Below are positions 41,054 through 50,248 of a stretch of DNA of 64,000 bases, one piece after another (position 1 is the stretch's first letter; every line of letters begins with the position of its first letter). The notes below the pieces were generated by a model. That model had not been told where the DNA came from and searched no databases. It was given only the letters and a program-made list of their open reading frames with translations. The stretch lies in contig JAUFOR010000006.1 in the NCBI GenBank assembly GCA_040285745.1, positions 496,001 through 560,000 on the forward strand, read 5' to 3'. Position numbers and translations under genes: made by a program. This stretch comes from Barthelona sp. PCE (lineage: Eukaryota).

Positions 41054-41120
41054 ACAAAAATTCCCTGCAAAAAAAGGTTAGAAACAAATAAACACATTTC
41101 TATGTCGCTAATAATAAGAA

Positions 41121-42303
41121 ATGGCCAATGCAAATGCTGCAACAACACTCAAATTAGTGAATGACAAATTAGTTGATGGTTTATACTGTTTTCCAATCTT
41201 TATTCCTTATGTTCATTTTTAACAAAGTACACGCGGCAGGGCAAAGGGGATCTCGCATTCCTGAAAGATATTTTCAGCGAATTATAAAGCGTAAGTATGC
41301 TAAACAAAGAATGGGGATTAAAAGTGTCTTTAAGTTTCTACACGAGGCGGTAAAGGAATTAGGGGAGACGGGTAATTTTAAAGATGTTAAAGCCTCGGTT
41401 ATACAACGTACAAAAGAGAAGAAATTTGACGTTGCCATTGATTTTAAAGAGAAAAAGAATTTAAATAAGAAAATTAGTGCCCATGTGACAGCAACCCCAC
41501 ATAATACTGTTCTTGCAACAATTTCTAGCAGTATTTCACCATATGTTGGCAGTTCTCTCAGTGCACACTTAAGTCAGAATTATTCCAAGTATGCCCCTGT
41601 ATCCAATGGGTTCACTTTAAAGTTTGTTGATGATTTTTTCATGAAAAAAGACCTAAATTTTGATGCTTCTATTACTAGGCAAAAGAATGTAACTAAAATG
41701 GAAGCTAATTTGATAAAACCAATATGTTTTGGGTCTGTTGGTTTCAGCTACGATAATTATTTTGGTACACATGATGTTTTTGATTTTAGTTTTGGTGTAA
41801 GTGCAATGCGTCATTTCAGAAATCTGTTATTAAAACGTACGGTAAAGGAATATAAGCTTAATGTTGGACTCTTTGTTCGTGACAATCATTTCCAAATGAA
41901 GTATAAGAAGAAAGGTTTGAAGATTGATGTTAAAAATTTTGTTTCAACCAATGCATCATCTCCATTTTTTACTCAAAGACAATATGTTACGTATATTCCC
42001 AGAGGTTTTGATATTAAAAATAGTTTTTACAACAGCATGATTGGAAGTATCAAAATTGAACAACAAATTGGAAAGAGATTATTTGCTTTTTTCAATCATT
42101 TACATGGTTTTGATCCATTAGATATGTCTCGTGATAGTTTACAAATGAGAACTTTCTTGAATTCTGCTGGTTTTGGCATTAAAAGCATAATTCCAAAAGT
42201 TCCTCTTGAGCTGTACTATTGCATTCCTTTAACAACACGTACAAAGAACCCTAACACTCGAATTACATTTAAAAACATTGGTTTTGGTCTTACTTTTGAA
42301 TAA
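41121..42303 (+). CDS. SAM50: Divergent Sam50/Omp85 outer-membrane beta-barrel insertase; exons 41121-41178 and 41228-42303 (377 aa)
   Basis: POTRA-like HEAVKELGETGNFKDV...DVAIDFKEK, loop-6-like PRGF, C-terminal SAGFGI.....LELYYCIPL and beta-signal-like IGFGLTFE. Confidence 0.78.
41179..41227 (+). other. 49-nt phase-1 intron in SAM50
   Basis: GTTTAT...TTTTAAC-AAAG. Removal joins the ATG-41121 exon (otherwise stopped by TAA inside the intron) in frame to the long ORF. Confidence 0.72.
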
Positions 42304-42658
42304 AAATTGGTCTCTCAGCAGCATTTTCATTTGATGGTTTAAGTTGATGAATAATGCTATATAATAGCGGAACTTCTTGTGGTGTCCCTTCAAGATTGAG
42401 TTGCTGCTCTACAATACTTCTATGAACAGTTGCTTCGCTATTTGATTCGGGCGCAAAAACACTTTCACTGTATGTGAAACCATTAAATTGCAAATACTCG
42501 AGAATCAGAGTATTTATCAATGCATTCTCGGGTGATTGTGATGCTGCAGGAGCATTTTGTAAAGATTTAATGATTTCACCTCTAATATGTGCTTTTAGTG
42601 TACCCAATGCGCCTTGCGCACGCAGGCTAGACATAAGTGTGCTTCTAAGCTCATCCAT
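42290..42658 (-). CDS. CEP20: FOP-family LisH centriolar/basal-body protein (FOR20/CEP20-like)
   Basis: ELRSTL..SL...G.L..LKAHIRGEI, ENALINTLILEYLQFNGF.YSESVF..ES, VPLLY. Confidence 0.85.
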   Translation of the reverse strand: MDELRSTLMSSLRAQGALGTLKAHIRGEIIKSLQNAPAASQSPENALINTLILEYLQFNGFTYSESVFAPESNSEATVHRSIVEQQLNLEGTPQEVPLLYSIIHQLKPSNENAAERPIFIQK

Positions 42659-42702
42659 TTAAAATAATGCAGTGATATGGTTATAAAAAAAAATTACATA
42701 TT

Positions 42703-43827
42703 TTATTGAACGGATTCAACAGAAATTGTTGGATCAATCATCGGTGTATCGGCCAAAAACATCTTGGGGTTGCTCATAATGCAAGAACGACGAATGTGAT
42801 CCACAAAAACGTGTGAAACATCAAATACTTTGATCTTTGGACATTCTCTAACGTACCAAGACATTGAGTTGGGATGAGAGTTTGTACCTAGAATAAGCTC
42901 AATATTGGAAGCGTTTAATGCAATGATAGTATCTTCATCTGGAATTGCTAAATGAGTAGTCAATGCATACACAGCCTTTGCACCAGCAGACAGGTAAGCA
43001 TCAGCAGCCTTGCAAATAGTACCACCAGATCTAATCATATCATCATAGATAATAACAACCTTACCTTCAACATCACCAATAACATTCATTACTTTAGTGT
43101 TTTCCATTGTTCGTACCTTTCTGATGAAGGCAAGGTCTGTGTTAAACTTGTTGGCGAATGTTTGTACCCAGCTTGGTCGACCAAGATCTGCAGATCCAAA
43201 CATAAACGATTCAGGTTCTAAATTAAGTGATTCAACTGCTCTTAACAGCACTCCTTCACCATAAAGTTCGAATGCCGTTGTTTCTTGGAAATAGTTAAGG
43301 ATGCTAGAAACATGCAAATCGAGGAAAAGGAAAATGTTACCAAGACCTGTATTAGGGATAGAACTCATCATAATAATATTTGAAGCACATGTTACGCACT
43401 CGCAGGGACGGACTGAACGCTCCATTGTACTGTAACCAAGGAAAGGAACGATAAAGAGACGTCGACGAGTACCTAAAGCGGCAAGTTCGCAACCAACACG
43501 GAAAAGAAGCAGTAGATCTTCATCGGTTGCAGTCGCAGTGATAAGGATAGCATCTCTTCCAATGAGAGATTTACGATCGTCTAGACCAATTCTATAATAG
43601 CGCTCACGGTCACGAAATTCCTTCAATACTAACTTTGTAATCGGGAGTCCCAACTGTTGTGCAATGGGTTCGGCGATGTATCTGGATGAAGGACTGCATA
43701 AAATGATAGGAGCAAAGTCATGATCTGTAGGAAGTAGAGTAACTATTTCTCCTCCTTGAATTAGACATGCCTCCTGTAATGTAGGAACATAAGTGGATGT
43801 TGTGGATAAATTGTCAGAAGGATTCAT
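42703..43827 (-). CDS. PRPS: Ribose-phosphate pyrophosphokinase (PRPP synthetase)
   Basis: LDLH, IGDVEGKVVIIYDDMIRSGGTI..AA..YLSAGA..VYALTTH, TNSHP. Confidence 0.93.
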   Translation of the reverse strand: MNPSDNLSTTSTYVPTLQEACLIQGGEIVTLLPTDHDFAPIILCSPSSRYIAEPIAQQLGLPITKLVLKEFRDRERYYRIGLDDRKSLIGRDAILITATATDEDLLLLFRVGCELAALGTRRRLFIVPFLGYSTMERSVRPCECVTCASNIIMMSSIPNTGLGNIFLFLDLHVSSILNYFQETTAFELYGEGVLLRAVESLNLEPESFMFGSADLGRPSWVQTFANKFNTDLAFIRKVRTMENTKVMNVIGDVEGKVVIIYDDMIRSGGTICKAADAYLSAGAKAVYALTTHLAIPDEDTIIALNASNIELILGTNSHPNSMSWYVRECPKIKVFDVSHVFVDHIRRSCIMSNPKMFLADTPMIDPTISVESVQ

Positions 43828-44325
43828 AATAATAGATAAAATCTCGTTTTGTGAATGTTTTATGACAATGAAAGTGTTTTAAAGGGTTCTGTGGAAGCAA
43901 ATTACTGCCCGAATGTGGATGAAAGGGATATAAAACCTTTTGCAAAGTTTGGCATGAAATCTTCAATATTTACACAAAATCCTTAGATATACATAAAACA
44001 TCCATCCCAATCCGTTATATAGCCCATTGAGAACCTCCCTTAAGCATTTTTAGAAGAAAACAATACAAGTTAATGAAGTGAGGAAGAAAAGTAAATTTGC
44101 CACGTTTTGGGATAGTTTTTTCTCAATGTTATCAGGATGCTTTTCTATGTGAAAGACACTGATCGTTTGAAACATTCACCCTGCTCAATATTCAAAAAAA
44201 TTTTGAAGTTGTACTGTTATTATTCTACCGGTCTTATCATTAATGATTGCAATTTTTATACTTGAATTTATATCAATTTTTTTAGTAAACTGATAAAACA
44301 CAGCTTTTGCATTTTCAACCTTCAA

Positions 44326-45552
44326 ATGACTGATAACACTACATCAACAGTAGTCACAGCAAAATGCAGGTATCTTGTTGCAGATGCTGGTACGTTCTTT
44401 CGTCCAGACGTTCAACTGCACTTGTTAGCTGAGAATATTTGCACAACACCGGGCGTTATTGCAGAGGTTCGCGACCGCGTCTCCAGAGATCGTCTGGCGT
44501 CGAACCCAGCACTGGGAATTACAGGATTAGATATTGTTGAACCTTCTCAAGAAGCTATCCAATTTATTCGTCGTTATGCACATGCTACAGGTGACTTATC
44601 TGTACTTTCAGAGGTAGATATGGGGGTGGCAGCACTAGCATATGACGTAACTAAACAGTACGATAAGTCTCGTAACATTCGGCCTATGCCTGAGCAATCC
44701 TATTTGGAGGATGCACAATTGATCACAGCCCTCCCCAAGCGGAATAAGGTTCTTAAGGGTGTATTTGATGAAGACGGTTTCCGTGTATTCACAAAAGATA
44801 CATCAAGTCGTCAAGAACGTAAGATTGAGCGCATTCAACAAGAACAAACACAAGAGGAGGCTGAAGCTGAAACTTGTGAGAACGTTGAAGAGCAAGAAGA
44901 AGCAAAAGAAGAAGCTTTGGAATTTGAGCTTGATGATGAAGATATGGAAATTGATGATAATGCTTGGATTACAGAATACAACGTAGAAGAACATCTCAAC
45001 CGTGATGCAGGAAACCAACCTGAGAAGAAAATTAAGCAAATTAAAGTGGCAACAATGACAGGTGATTTAGCATTGCAGAATCTTTTAGTTCGAATGGCTT
45101 TGGTAATTATTGGTACACAAGGACAAAAAATTACTAAATTTAAGAGCTTTATTCTAAGATGTCGTTCTTGTAGCAGAGTTGAACGTAATATGAGAAGAGT
45201 TTTTTGTGGTAGCTGTGGATACCAAAGTTTAGAAAGAACTCCTTATTATATTGATAAAAAAGGTAGAATGAGATTGCCTCCAATTAGATCACGCACTCTA
45301 AAAGGAATTCAGTACGATGCTCCAATGCCGAAAGGCGGCAGAACTAATATTGTCTGGAATGAAAGTGAATTATTACGTCGTAATCCTCATGCTTATAAGG
45401 AACCTAAGAACAGAACAAAAGGATATGATCCCAACGTCAGCTCACATGTGAAACAAACTCGTTCACATAGAGATGTTCAAGTTGGTCTTGGTAGGCGTAA
45501 TCCAAACATCCCAAAGAAACGTCATCACAAAAAGAAGAAATCTAGACGTTAG
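44326..45552 (+). CDS. NOB1: 20S pre-rRNA endonuclease NOB1
   Basis: PIN motifs VADAG, VIAEVRD, TGDLSVLSEVD, WIT..N, TGDLALQN; zinc ribbon CRSC...FCGSCG; terminal GRRNPN. Confidence 0.93.
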   Translation: MTDNTTSTVVTAKCRYLVADAGTFFRPDVQLHLLAENICTTPGVIAEVRDRVSRDRLASNPALGITGLDIVEPSQEAIQFIRRYAHATGDLSVLSEVDMGVAALAYDVTKQYDKSRNIRPMPEQSYLEDAQLITALPKRNKVLKGVFDEDGFRVFTKDTSSRQERKIERIQQEQTQEEAEAETCENVEEQEEAKEEALEFELDDEDMEIDDNAWITEYNVEEHLNRDAGNQPEKKIKQIKVATMTGDLALQNLLVRMALVIIGTQGQKITKFKSFILRCRSCSRVERNMRRVFCGSCGYQSLERTPYYIDKKGRMRLPPIRSRTLKGIQYDAPMPKGGRTNIVWNESELLRRNPHAYKEPKNRTKGYDPNVSSHVKQTRSHRDVQVGLGRRNPNIPKKRHHKKKKSRR

Positions 45553-45553
45553 A

Positions 45554-46996
45554 TTATCCAAGTCGTTCTAATGATTTAAATAAAGCATATATAGCAGTTT
45601 TCCATTGCATTTTTTCTTCAATTGAATCAAAACGAATTGTTAATTGTCGTCCCTTATCCACCAACATCATCGTAATACATCGTTCTTCATTTTCAAGGTC
45701 TAAATTATTTGAACCATCAACACATGAAGTGACTGTCTCAGCTCTCCATTCTGATGATGTTCTACGCTTTGCCCAAGCAATTTGACATCTTTCGGGGATA
45801 AATACGAGATATCTTCTGCGTAGCTTAAATTTCGTAGTCCATTTGGTGACCATACATCCTCTTGTAGTAAAATCTAATGCTTCACGTACTTCGGGTGTAA
45901 TTAAATCTTCCACCGATGGTGTTTCAGAGTGTGTTTCAATTGTTTCTACGAGGATATCTCCAGTATCACTTCCAGTGGGCGACATTAGCAATTTCCCATC
46001 AAAATCAACTGCAGGAGGGCTTAGAGAACCAGCTTCTGGATTTAAGCTGAACCTTGAAGTCTGAGAGAAGTTGTATGAGTGTGGACTTACATTAACGGAT
46101 GAAGATTGTGGAGTTAACTCAAGTTCTTTTTCAAGAAAATCCAGATCCATAGGTAATTTTGAAGGTAAAATTACATTATCAGGAGTACCCGCTTCGTTAG
46201 GCATGAAATTGATCTCCAAAACTTCTTTATCCTCTAAAATTGGTTGTGTTAACGATATAGAATCTAATATGGAACCACTCAACAAATCATCACTAGTTCT
46301 GGCATTCTCCTCTTTCAAACGTTCACGTTCTCTTTTCCTCAACATCTTTTTTCGCAGTTTCTGCCTCTTTAAATCTTCTTCACGAATTTCTTTTATCTTT
46401 TCTTGCAAACTAGAAAGATTTTTCTGAATCTCTTTTTCTTTTTCTGCTTCAGCTTTTTCTTTCTTCAGTTTCTCTTCAAGTTCTATCTTTGCAGCTTCTC
46501 TTTTCTGTTCCTCAACCTCGGCAAGCTTCTTCATTGAAGCTTCAGGCAATTGAACTTCAATGTTATTCAACTCTCTATTTCTTTGTTGACGCTGTTTAAA
46601 ACTTGCCCTGAGCTCACTACGCATCTTTGCAGGTGTGCGTTTCTTCCTCAGTTCCTCCTCGTGTTCAAAACGAGTTGTTGGAGTAAATGAAAAAGATTGT
46701 GATTTTCCTTGATCTGGGTTCTCTACCTCCTTAATTGGTGTTTTTTGCTCTGGGGTCGGTCGCCTTACAAGTTTTCTACGAGAAGAACTTTTTTGAATGA
46801 CACCTTTTCGAGAATTTGTCTGAAATGGAAAATGGTTGGTCGCAATTTCACCGTCAGGTAAAGCTTCGTCAAAAGTTTGTTGTTGCTTTTTCTCTCTTCG
46901 AACAGCTTTCTTCAAAGAAGAATGTATAATGTCCAAATTAGGTTCCATTATATGTATTTTCTCATGCAAAGACTCTAAACCTGGTCGAAAACTCAT
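45554..46996 (-). CDS. Coiled-coil protein with C-terminal PH-like domain
   Basis: Charged coiled coil followed by G.MVTKW.....RRRYL...IAW...RQLTIRFDSIEEKMQWKTAI (terminal PH helix Trp). Confidence 0.7.
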   Translation of the reverse strand: MSFRPGLESLHEKIHIMEPNLDIIHSSLKKAVRREKKQQQTFDEALPDGEIATNHFPFQTNSRKGVIQKSSSRRKLVRRPTPEQKTPIKEVENPDQGKSQSFSFTPTTRFEHEEELRKKRTPAKMRSELRASFKQRQQRNRELNNIEVQLPEASMKKLAEVEEQKREAAKIELEEKLKKEKAEAEKEKEIQKNLSSLQEKIKEIREEDLKRQKLRKKMLRKRERERLKEENARTSDDLLSGSILDSISLTQPILEDKEVLEINFMPNEAGTPDNVILPSKLPMDLDFLEKELELTPQSSSVNVSPHSYNFSQTSRFSLNPEAGSLSPPAVDFDGKLLMSPTGSDTGDILVETIETHSETPSVEDLITPEVREALDFTTRGCMVTKWTTKFKLRRRYLVFIPERCQIAWAKRRTSSEWRAETVTSCVDGSNNLDLENEERCITMMLVDKGRQLTIRFDSIEEKMQWKTAIYALFKSLERLG

Positions 46997-47059
46997 GCCC
47001 AACAATTGCAATTAATGAAAATGGATAAATATGTTTTTACAAGAAATATGCTACAAATC

Positions 47060-48418
47060 CTACTTCTTATTCAAATAAGCGGAAAAGGTACGTTTAGAGT
47101 GTTCTTTCTTTAATTCTGTGGCTCTGTTCGTACGTGGAGGTCTAAAACTAACAGGTCTAGAGGGTTTCTCAATCACAATGGGATCCTGGAACAAATCGCT
47201 AATTGTGATATCTTGGCGTTTAGTAGGCATACCTGCAACACCATTTTGCTTCTTCATAAGAAGCTTCTTAGGCTTACCTAATTCAGAACGAGTTAATAAT
47301 GCATTTCTCTTTCTGAAATAAGTTGTGCGATCTTCAACAATAACAGGTCCTTTAACACTCTTAGGTGAACCAGGAACATGTAATCTCTTTGTTAAAGTTA
47401 ACCATCTGTTGGGTGAAATGTTATCATTAATAACACCAGCTTTGAGCTGTGCTTCTCTTCCTAAAGCTTCAACGTGACTCCAACGTTCTAATTCAGGCCA
47501 AAGAGGGGATTCCCTCAGAGGACCAACAATAGAAAGAATGCTTTCAGGATCAGGTACATGACGCTCCAAGAAAAGCATGTAATTTAATTGTTCACCTTCA
47601 CCACATGATCGAACAATAGCTTCCAACTCTTTCTGAGTGAATGCAACATGGAAAAGCCTTAGGAGTGATTTGAAAACTCTGATATTGATATAATGAGTAT
47701 TTTGAACATCTGTAAGACGACAATTTTTAGCCAAACTTTCAACTTTTCCTAAAATTCTTTTCTTAAGTAAAAATTCGTCACCTTCTTCAAGATTCTCTCT
47801 GTAGAATGGTGATTCAATAAAACTTGGTCCTAAAGGAGAAGGATTAGCATATTCTGGACGATTAGTAATTGAAGTAGCAAAAGAGCTTCCAATAGAGGCA
47901 GAAGCTTCAGATGTAGAGCGTGAATGATCGGCAACATGGCTTTCAACAGACTTATGTGATACAGATGCATGTTCTTCATGTTCTTCAATGTTAACAGGTG
48001 TAGCAGTTTTGGGAACTGCAACCCTGAGCATAAGATCATAAACAGAAGGGTTGATTGTAATGTTCCTTGTGGGATGCCATTCAAAAGAGAGGTTACGCGT
48101 AAACGCATTCCAATCCAATTGTTCGCCATCACCAAATACTTCAAGTGCGGCATAAAGATCAGGTTTGTGAATATCGCAATCTGATTCTTTGATGATCCCT
48201 ACAAGAGTTTCGAAAGGAATATGACGAGTTCTATTCGGATCAGAAGCCTTACAAGCTTTACGGATTTGTGAACGTTTTGCACGGAAAATGAGGCGTAATT
48301 TCGCGGTTCCCTCGTCGTCTCCTTCATGAACCTGTGTGACCACGGAGATATCGGTTTTCAAACTGCTTAAATCGCTGATATAGCTTTGAACATCCATTGG
48401 TAAATTCTCAATCGACAT
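47060..48418 (-). CDS. Protein with two degenerate EF-hand pairs
   Basis: ACKASDPNRTRHIPFE...LDWNAF and NCRLTDVQNTHYINIRVF...LNYMLF form an internally repeated EF-hand-like unit; start set at MSIENLP. Confidence 0.65.
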   Translation of the reverse strand: MSIENLPMDVQSYISDLSSLKTDISVVTQVHEGDDEGTAKLRLIFRAKRSQIRKACKASDPNRTRHIPFETLVGIIKESDCDIHKPDLYAALEVFGDGEQLDWNAFTRNLSFEWHPTRNITINPSVYDLMLRVAVPKTATPVNIEEHEEHASVSHKSVESHVADHSRSTSEASASIGSSFATSITNRPEYANPSPLGPSFIESPFYRENLEEGDEFLLKKRILGKVESLAKNCRLTDVQNTHYINIRVFKSLLRLFHVAFTQKELEAIVRSCGEGEQLNYMLFLERHVPDPESILSIVGPLRESPLWPELERWSHVEALGREAQLKAGVINDNISPNRWLTLTKRLHVPGSPKSVKGPVIVEDRTTYFRKRNALLTRSELGKPKKLLMKKQNGVAGMPTKRQDITISDLFQDPIVIEKPSRPVSFRPPRTNRATELKKEHSKRTFSAYLNKK

Positions 48419-48436
48419 CGTTTTATGTTCTTTGGG

Positions 48437-48485
48437 CTGTGGAGAGACAGTAAAGATATACAAGTGAAAGAAAAAGGTGTAAAAC
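48437..48485 (-). other. Candidate 49-nt 5'-UTR intron of the EF-hand gene
   Basis: GG|GTTTTA...TTTAC-TGTCTCTCCACAG| ending 18 nt before the ATG at 48418. Confidence 0.35.
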
Positions 48486-48890
48486 CCGGTTACATGAAAG
48501 AATTTTAGAACCTTTTTTCTTCTCCGTTCCAAGTTAATTCTCAAAGGTTAAGGCTTTTATTAGAGCCTTTAGGTGACCAGAATCCCTTTAAATTTTGTAA
48601 AAACTCTGTATATATTGATATTTCTTTTACTCATCATATGACTTCTTTATTGTGATTTTACCTTGTTCAATCGGAATATTATGATATATTAATACGTATT
48701 AATCACATATTATTCCATAAAACCAGTTATTCACAACTATTGAGTTTAGCACATGAATTTGACCGTTGATATTCAAATTGTTGACATTTCACGGAGATAT
48801 TATCAAAAAATCGACGTGTCCCAAAACAAATATAGTCAAAAGATTTGTTTTTGCAAATAGTAACCATTTCACTCTGATTTCGTGGGCAAA

Positions 48891-49472
48891 ATGTCAGAAA
48901 TGATTGAGCGAACCTTACGCGTTCGACAGGTAGCAATGCCTAAGCGGGTAAAAGTGCTCACAGTAGGCGACGTTAAAACGGGAAAATCTGCACTTATAAA
49001 GCAGTATTGTGAGAATAGATTCGTGTCACAGTATCTCATGACAATTGGGATTGACTACGGGGTTAAAGTAGTTAAGCACAATTCAAGCATGTACCATCTA
49101 AATTTCTGGGATTGCTCAGGTTTACCTGAGTTTACTGATTGTAGGATCGAGTTCTACAGCGATTGCAACGTCATTGTACTCGTCTTTGACTACACATGCC
49201 CAGATAGTTTTGATAATCTTACCAGTTGGATTGGTGAGATCAGACAGGTCGTATCAACACTTCCACCCATAATTCTTGTTGGAAATAAGGCAGACCTTAC
49301 TGGTAGAGCAAGGAAAGGTACGGTAAAAGAAAAGCAAGTTGCAGAATTTTTGAACAGATTTAAATTTCCTTTCTTTAAGACTTCTGCTTCCACTAATGAA
49401 GGTATACAAGCCTTATTTGATGAAATATTAAACATAGCTGAAGAACAAACAGCTCTTCCAAGTATAAGATGA
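48891..49472 (+). CDS. RJL-family (Rjl/DNAJC27-like, no J domain) small GTPase
   Basis: GDVKTGKSALIKQYCENRFVSQYLMTIGIDYGV, WDCSGL (no catalytic Gln), IEFY, NKAD, TSA; no CAAX box. Confidence 0.85.
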   Translation: MSEMIERTLRVRQVAMPKRVKVLTVGDVKTGKSALIKQYCENRFVSQYLMTIGIDYGVKVVKHNSSMYHLNFWDCSGLPEFTDCRIEFYSDCNVIVLVFDYTCPDSFDNLTSWIGEIRQVVSTLPPIILVGNKADLTGRARKGTVKEKQVAEFLNRFKFPFFKTSASTNEGIQALFDEILNIAEEQTALPSIR

Positions 49473-49633
49473 TGGATATAAATATAGTGACGTTGATTAA
49501 GTTCACGCATATAGAGATTATTCAGTGTTTTACAAAGTGTCAAAACATAAGATATTTGTTGTGATGACCCTTCTGGCCAATAAAAAAGATATTTTAAAAC
49601 TGTTTTTAATTATTTATTAATGAGGACAACCTG

Positions 49634-50248
49634 CTACTCATCAGCAGCCTGCACGATCGCACGGCCAGCGGACCACGCATTGGCGACGTACGACCCGCCC
49701 TCCGAGAAGTCGAGGCGGTGGTACACGTTGCCGTCGTTGCCCATCAGGAACACGAGCGGATCGACGGCCTCGTGTGTGCATACGCTGTTCCGCACGCACT
49801 CCTCCTTGGCCTCGGCGCCAACGACCTCAAACGTGACCATGGCGTTCGGGACGCCTTCAATCTCGTTGATGTCAACCAGGCGGCAGTCCATAACGACGCG
49901 AGCTTCTGTGGGAAAAGGCATGTTGAGCATCGTTGTGTGCTCGATGCCGTCCACGAACGACGCCTTGTCAACGGCGCGGGAGCTCTTGAGGCCCATGGCG
50001 TCGGCCTTGTCAGCCCAGTCGGGAGAGACGATGCTCATAGAAAAGGTACCGACCTCGCGGATCATTGCGAGCGTGTTGTGGCGACGGTTGATGCCTGCGA
50101 CCCACAGCGCCTTCTTGGGCGAGCTGCTGAAGCGAGTGCACCAGCTGAGGGCGAGGAAGGAGCGAGCGCCGTCATGTTCGGAGCCGAGGACGTACAGGCC
50201 TGTGGCGGCCGGGTACTGTGTGCCGGGCTTGATTGATACTCTGCTCAT
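49634..50248 (-). CDS. Flavoredoxin / flavin reductase-like protein, copy B (204 aa)
   Basis: Identical to copy A except the C-terminus (AADE* versus AAEEK*). Confidence 0.85.
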   Translation of the reverse strand: MSRVSIKPGTQYPAATGLYVLGSEHDGARSFLALSWCTRFSSSPKKALWVAGINRRHNTLAMIREVGTFSMSIVSPDWADKADAMGLKSSRAVDKASFVDGIEHTTMLNMPFPTEARVVMDCRLVDINEIEGVPNAMVTFEVVGAEAKEECVRNSVCTHEAVDPLVFLMGNDGNVYHRLDFSEGGSYVANAWSAGRAIVQAADE

